A DNA stretch of 48,580 bases from IMG/VR virus record IMGVR_UViG_3300046383_000033, positions 1-48,580 of that record. One strand, given 5' to 3'. The translations under genes and the position numbers were made by a program. Below are positions 44,701 to 48,580 of this stretch, one piece after another. The stretch is from a virus (taxonomy: Duplodnaviria; Caudoviricetes). The notes under the pieces are model-generated. The model had not been told where the DNA came from and ran no database searches. It was given only the letters and a program-made list of their open reading frames with translations. Position 1 is the stretch's first letter. Every line of letters starts with the position of its first letter.

Positions 44701-47483
44701 TTCTTTCCCTTGGAGACCTTCTTCGGTTTCGCCGCCACGGGCGCAGGCGGCTGAGTCGCCAGACCTGGCTGCGCGGCCGGCGCTGTAGTCGCCTTCGCCG
44801 CGCGCCCCTCGCGGAATAACTGTCCTTCGTGTGACCGCGATTGGCCTTCTTGTGAGAGCGGCGGAATCTTCGCTCCAGACTCTTCCGCAAAATCATACAT
44901 CGCGCTCGCGATGCCTTTGCGACGCCATCCCGGATTTACTTCTACACTGGGGTTGTAGCGCGTGCCGTCATCATCTTCGAGGAGTTCATAGTCGAGGCTG
45001 CCGATGTCGTTTCCATCTGCGTCCGTGGCGATGATCCTCTCTGATTCACCCGGTCTATACTCAACTCTGGTGAGCGTGACAGGCCCCTTGTCAGTGTTGA
45101 TTGTTCGAGTACCGAGAACAGCACCCCTCGGCTTTGTGGCCGGCTGAGGGGCCGCCCCGCCCGCTGGTTTCTTCTGCGTCTTGGAAACCGCTGGTGCTGT
45201 TGGGGCAGGTGCCGGTGCGGGTTCAGTTGGCGCAGGAGTAGCGGGCGGGGCGGCGTTGAGCATCCGCGCGAGTGGCGAGTCGTTGAAAGACGCGGGACCA
45301 AACTCGCCGGGCGAAACGCTCTGCTGCGGCGACTGGAACGCGGTAGATAGGGAGCGCTCGCCTTGCGGCGCGGCGGCCGGCGGCTGCGGCGCTGGCGTTG
45401 GCTGTCGCAGCGCGCTGGACATTTGCGCGAGCTGCTGGACGTTCCTGGCCTGAACGGCGGCCGGGCTTTCCTGCGCGATTTGCTGCGCGAACTCAAGCGC
45501 GGTCCACGGTCGAATCTCGCCGGATGGGTCCTTCAGGCCAAGGAAATGCTGGGCCGGGTCCGGGTGAGGGCTGACGGCCATTACTTCGTAGACTCCATCT
45601 GGAGCCTCGAAAGTCATGCCTTTCTTGAGGAGTTTCTGGAGGACCGCCGCGCGCCGTTCGGGCGTGACTGGCTCTGACGCGGCCCCCTGCGCAGCCGGCG
45701 GTATCGGAGCTGTACCTGTCCCGCCAGCCGCGTCAGAGGTCCGACTACCCGTGAGAGCGGGCGCGCCCATTGTATCAGCGGGCCGCGAGGGCGGGTTGCG
45801 GATCATGTCGAGCAGCCCTTGCGCTGAGGCAAGGGCACTCTCGCGGGTGTCCTCGGCCGCGCGAGTGGCGCGGTCTTGCTCAACGCGGCGCTTCGCGTTG
45901 ACCGCAGCGTCAAAGCCCTTTGCGGCACCGGCCTGCGCGCCAGCTTGCGCCAACACCGTGCCGTATGTGACGGGCAACTCGGCGAGCCCTTCACGCAATC
46001 CTTCTGCCACCGGATCGAGCAAAGACGCATCAGGATCGGCTTCCGCGATGGCGCGGTTCACTGACTGGCCGAGACTGGCGATTGTTTCGCCTGGAACGTC
46101 GGCCGTGAGCGTTTCGCCGAAGCGGCGCATGAATGGGGATGCTTCTTTCGCGAACGGAGACAACGCCGGCAGCTCTGTCGCCACTTCAATCAGGCCCTCA
46201 ACGGTCGAGGCCTTGTCGGCGGTTCCACGCGGTATTCCTTGGCCCGGCATGATTATCCGGTCAGCTCCGAGGACATCGCTAACGCTTCCGCCGGGCGGCT
46301 CGTACCCGTGCTCACGCATCTCGCCGTATGCGCTGAGTTTCGTTGTGGGGTACATGGTTGAAACGCCGAGTAGCGGGTTGCGCGTGGCCAGCGTCATCGC
46401 GAGCGAGGGCGCGGAGAGCGCGATGGAGTTTGTCGCGCCCGTGACTACCTGCGGCCAGTAGCCCGTGTTGCGCGCGGCGATGTCCTGCGCTTCGGCGGTC
46501 ATCTCAAGCCCGGCAGCTCTGGCTTTCTGGATCTTGTCGCGTAGAGCCAGCAACAAAGGATCGTCCTGCAAGCGGCGCAGCTCTTCCGGCGTGCGCGAAT
46601 ACTTCGGCGTCCCGCCACGGCCGACAGGCCACGAGCGGCCAAGCAGCTCGTCTTCGAGCGTTTCGAGCTGATCCAGTTCGTAACCCTGCACCGTGCGCGC
46701 CAGCGCGCCGCGCAGCGAGTTCCACCAATCAGCGCCAGACGGAAGCTCGAAGCTCTCACCGAGTGATTCGCCAAGTGATTCGCCAACGGTAACGCCAAAG
46801 TCGTCCGGCGCTCTTTCCGACGTGCCGCGATCCTGCGAGTAGTAGCCGCCATACGGATCGAATGGTTTGTTCTCCGGCCGAGACGCAGAGACGCGGCGTT
46901 GTCCAGGCACCATCGAGAAGGTGTCTGCGAGGTTGAGCGGGCGCAGGAAGTCCGGCCCGCCGTACTGGCGCTCCTGATCTTCGTGCAAGCGCTGAGCGTA
47001 GGCGTCGGCGGCGTGCTGGTCCGTGAAGATCCCGAGGTGCCGGCCCTTGCGCCGATACTCTTCGATGGCGTCAGCCTCATTCATCATCTTGCCGGTGTCG
47101 CTGACAGTCGGGATCAGCACTTCTCCTTCGTCCGTGCCGATGGACATTGAGCGCACGGTGCTGATCGAGCCGTCAGGGTTGTGAACCACTGGCCGTGTGT
47201 TCAGGTCTATGTTGCCGCCCTTGAGCGGTAGCATCAGCCCGGACGGGCGCATCTCATCTCTCGGCAGCTCGTGACGGCCGCCGCGCTGGCCGGGATCGCT
47301 GTGCGACGGGCCGAGTGACTGGCGGCTCATTAGATAGTCAACGATGTCCGTATCAGCGAGACCGGCTTCACGCGCGGCGATAACTCCCGGCTCCTGCTTC
47401 TCCGCAAGATAGTCGGCAATCTCCTCATCGGAGAGCCCCGCAGCGCGGGCCTGCTCGATGGCGCGATTGGTTGCTGTTGCCAT
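38790..47483 (-). CDS. giant polyvalent internal virion protein (GNAT, ddrB-like ParB, zincin/LPD1-like domains)
   Basis: 2897 aa; '[15 protein letters not shown]', 'LQPR...GAP.I...VESGNGR', 'AHEWAHALD', '[14 protein letters not shown]'. Confidence 0.8.
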   Translation of the reverse strand: MATATNRAIEQARAAGLSDEEIADYLAEKQEPGVIAAREAGLADTDIVDYLMSRQSLGPSHSDPGQRGGRHELPRDEMRPSGLMLPLKGGNIDLNTRPVVHNPDGSISTVRSMSIGTDEGEVLIPTVSDTGKMMNEADAIEEYRRKGRHLGIFTDQHAADAYAQRLHEDQERQYGGPDFLRPLNLADTFSMVPGQRRVSASRPENKPFDPYGGYYSQDRGTSERAPDDFGVTVGESLGESLGESFELPSGADWWNSLRGALARTVQGYELDQLETLEDELLGRSWPVGRGGTPKYSRTPEELRRLQDDPLLLALRDKIQKARAAGLEMTAEAQDIAARNTGYWPQVVTGATNSIALSAPSLAMTLATRNPLLGVSTMYPTTKLSAYGEMREHGYEPPGGSVSDVLGADRIIMPGQGIPRGTADKASTVEGLIEVATELPALSPFAKEASPFMRRFGETLTADVPGETIASLGQSVNRAIAEADPDASLLDPVAEGLREGLAELPVTYGTVLAQAGAQAGAAKGFDAAVNAKRRVEQDRATRAAEDTRESALASAQGLLDMIRNPPSRPADTMGAPALTGSRTSDAAGGTGTAPIPPAAQGAASEPVTPERRAAVLQKLLKKGMTFEAPDGVYEVMAVSPHPDPAQHFLGLKDPSGEIRPWTALEFAQQIAQESPAAVQARNVQQLAQMSSALRQPTPAPQPPAAAPQGERSLSTAFQSPQQSVSPGEFGPASFNDSPLARMLNAAPPATPAPTEPAPAPAPTAPAVSKTQKKPAGGAAPQPATKPRGAVLGTRTINTDKGPVTLTRVEYRPGESERIIATDADGNDIGSLDYELLEDDDGTRYNPSVEVNPGWRRKGIASAMYDFAEESGAKIPPLSQEGQSRSHEGQLFREGRAAKATTAPAAQPGLATQPPAPVAAKPKKVSKGKKVAPEAPPAEVTPEEPPLTPEEAAASDREREESIKAEKAKHKAIRKEYKALRKSDPEFDRIAKFVGDEPVYADLGMLQGWKDAKAGTPIDPERAKAMFPSKDMRPDGFNPVQHYLTGYAAGLGLKPHDLRSFDVAEWLMKIVQHQTNAEETTSEPEEEMVEQAEDIGTQAAEETMPEEEPPEDEPGMTAEREAPEFDEPIYTGTRPALTDKRETVITAGGMEVDTAIEVVEADDLITSDNPKFPQKLQPRTAKREEQVGKMASNLDPKQLGLSRHAEHGAPIIGRDDNYVESGNGRVRAIRQMYSRNPEAAQRYRAFVAETSGVDVSKMKNPVLVRRRMTEMTDEQRVKWTKEANKTAVMRMSAEEQARVDQDMLTPEVMAKLPEEMPEGFDLAKSEGAKFVAAFVSKFTPAERGELVDADGRPSPAAVTRAKAALLQRAFGGTPAGEAAIRRAVGTVGTDAQTLVNTLVRYAPVFAKLKDDIAAGRVQDEADIGSQIAEAIEVVRNAGSAAAVTEWLNTEDMLDPKDDTVKQLIQSFYSFDGRGNAKRLRSGVAIGDILSEYVKQARQYPPRQAGGGLFGDEGEAPTLKPAAELGRINEARRTKEQAREREEAGKATAQGGLFTAGGKPSAAVSARTGDEGGGEKARPSGSREGRDASRYQASEESDQADFLTDELRRKEPRKYRQARTPYSITREGEKRASENEQIWTDAGIDPGLMTLALPAEQFAKAAELVKKRYGFRDITKANNLNWGEAIDALKDAYVGLNNLAATHNMNPGMMSLNGRLALSLEREAQGGALAYYHPGTRTIGMTRRNDAFAHEWAHALDHYLVETFAPEMLAIKGRHLTGKTRAGGVAETMNEQARDAYIGVLNAMYFDGAKAALYIADLEKKIATARSDKQRRKFQTQLDNFKLGHSKKKGIESEYYEAAKAMDGPTPEGSDKGYWQRPTEMFARSFEAFTAQKIAGLPSDHPFVTQSRRMYNENRIGEMTVPYPQQSDRTNIFANLDTLMRALRDSSMVDSGNAPARIDPTVQRYWKTLAPLLPARTIQQAQSVVARLLRPFKEARAEAYRADREARERDKQDQRLRDSKLNERNWSGRRRWLANQGLKIIDIATDVPRMLAYTIRGNILVLEEDHRGNQGIEWLRAKFATDPGSGRYTGAVWSEEIRHWDKTYQNRFAEIVKKHDVRGFNDAELRQLRDVLVNAIPHDSVSEKIRNAAIDMRKFLNDMYAYNASNGVNIGYAKNGYLPRVIDSMLVENNIDGFRTQARILYARVYGDEIGTLDSVLRDPLEHPEGLQNIIQYVREIERNGNIVDARDLARQMLEDAKDLENALQELQEAAEAGTDTAELEERIAELGEALYDGLRNPWAMEAANDWEMRIRGIGAEPEFSFEKRGPDGKYTKSRRLPAETDAIMADYMKTDPLELITTYISQSVRRVEFGKFFGNETKDKKLGWKLDAALHSARLPYRRADGSMHRVNQDEIEELQKSIDLLVGRYNTNMTKKAMRWRMRLTALITPVILTRSLRSQLAEPFVTAKKTGNLTDGFRVYYKQMQDVAAKVGIKTAKQKAAWRREMAEYFGIVADHMADQIMLQRYNLMDLNSSDRVKMARFFQVIGVHPHAMSMRRAVADIFMTRYAPNMAKRALKGGKKGQLARQALAELGLDVRSEGLIAELAQLGNIQDVTQLDQLRHIDAIRTAINRFVDGGVQNPSAIDKPRLASMPEYSFMYGILSFQFAYQRNILIATAKEIRRTWNTDGTLGVMAAGSAMLSLSLIAAGQLAAYVAGQALFSGDDWDEIEEKLGQKQFGAPAWAWQSISRSGMFGAADPLVNAFLGLRYERDLTQLMAGPVPATGLKILQDVGRAVISDSETNTYSHKAIEGTWQAASALTSSFVLSIVSRFPGVDAALGIGLMMLSSPRVTDSVADFVVGDTNKELTKAAAAGDVGAEGELQRRGTENDTSGTDDDLGETK

Positions 47484-47485
47484 TG

Positions 47486-48580
47486 CTACTTACCGAAAAT
47501 TGCTTCCAGCATCTTGCGCTTTTCTGCATCCGTCCGTGGGCCCGTGCCTCTCGGAATCCTCGGTGGCCGGCGCGTCGGCTTGACATCCGCTTTCTGCTTC
47601 GCCTGCTCAGCCTGAACCGGGAGGCGGTTCGTTTCCGCGCGCGACGCATCACGCGACATGCCTTGCAGCGCGGCTTCATCATCCTCCGTCACGAAGGGGT
47701 TCTTCGTCGTCGCTTCTCCCAAACTACCCGGCACCACTTCGGCCGGCGCGCCTGCTGGCGCTGGTGTGCCCTGTGGCTTGAGAAACGTGTCGGTCGGTGT
47801 CATGCCAAAGGCGCGCATGATCGCGTTGATGCCGAAGTCCAGGTCTGTCTCAGGCACCGGCTGCGTTGGCGCATCCGTGTAACGCGCTTGTGGAAACTTC
47901 GCATTCCATCTTTGCTGGGCGGCCGCATACGGATCGCGCGTCTGCTGTGTGAGTTCAGTGATTTCGCTCATCAACGCGAAGCGGGCTTCGTCAGTCAACT
48001 TGTTGCCAGTGGCTCGCTCGCGCCTCAGGATTTCACCGAGGATCGCCCTACCGAGCTGCGGCGAAATAGTGAGTGGCGGTTGTCCCAGCCTCTTCGCTGT
48101 GTTGGCGGCCTTGGCGTTCAGCTCGTTCATCCGCAAGCCATACAGCTTATCCAGCCGTTGCAACTCGAATTCCTGCGCGTCGTCCTGCAAGCCCTGTCTG
48201 CCAGTGATGCCGAGCTGTATGCCTTGCAGCGCGTTGGAAAGTTTCCGGTCGAGCTGGCTGGACGCGAAGTCCTGCGTGTACTTCTGAAGGAGTCGCTTCT
48301 TCATGAAGTCTGGGCTCAGGAAGAAAAGCGCGTCATCGACTTCGGCGCGCACGTCCTTGGGACCGTGGCGCATCGCGATGTCTGCCCACTCGTATGCCTT
48401 GCGCTCTGTCGCAGCCTGATCTGGTTTGCCGTCCGGGCCGAGGATCGGCTTTTCTCGCAACTTGTACATTTCGCCAATCGCGCCGCGAGAAATTTCTGCG
48501 TTCTGGCGGTCGGTCGCTTCGTAGCCGGCCTTCGTCTTGGCCTGCTCGAACTCGAAGCGCCTCGCCTCCCTTTCGAGCAA
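47486..48580 (-). CDS. 3' part of a putative internal virion/ejection protein (start outside window)
   Basis: Open to the right edge; helical; stop 2 nt before the start of the giant gene. Confidence 0.6.
   Translation of the reverse strand: MLEREARRFEFEQAKTKAGYEATDRQNAEISRGAIGEMYKLREKPILGPDGKPDQAATERKAYEWADIAMRHGPKDVRAEVDDALFFLSPDFMKKRLLQKYTQDFASSQLDRKLSNALQGIQLGITGRQGLQDDAQEFELQRLDKLYGLRMNELNAKAANTAKRLGQPPLTISPQLGRAILGEILRRERATGNKLTDEARFALMSEITELTQQTRDPYAAAQQRWNAKFPQARYTDAPTQPVPETDLDFGINAIMRAFGMTPTDTFLKPQGTPAPAGAPAEVVPGSLGEATTKNPFVTEDDEAALQGMSRDASRAETNRLPVQAEQAKQKADVKPTRRPPRIPRGTGPRTDAEKRKMLEAIFGK

Overview
The window is a GC-rich, temperate, podovirus-like (short-tailed) phage genome, apparently circularly permuted and nearly complete. 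The minus strand carries a virion module: terminase, portal, scaffold, major capsid protein, tail tubular A/B, ejection proteins and a 2897-aa polyvalent internal protein split across the window ends, plus a tail fibre and an accessory operon. The plus strand carries an early-type array of small genes (21.2-25.8 kb), a tyrosine integrase with AlpA-like excisionase and a YqaJ/RecT recombination module; a tRNA-Val(GAC) and an XRE repressor lie on the minus strand in this region. The most striking feature is the punctuation of the early array. Three canonical hammerhead ribozymes (one type II, two type I) each overlap the stop codon of the upstream gene. The other junctions hold long hairpins, three of them with a shared G-A mismatch. 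Each unit then has a conserved AAC-rich/GGAGCTG leader. This suggests an RNA-encoded system that cuts the early transcript into separate mRNAs. All protein calls come from motif recognition by eye, not database searches.
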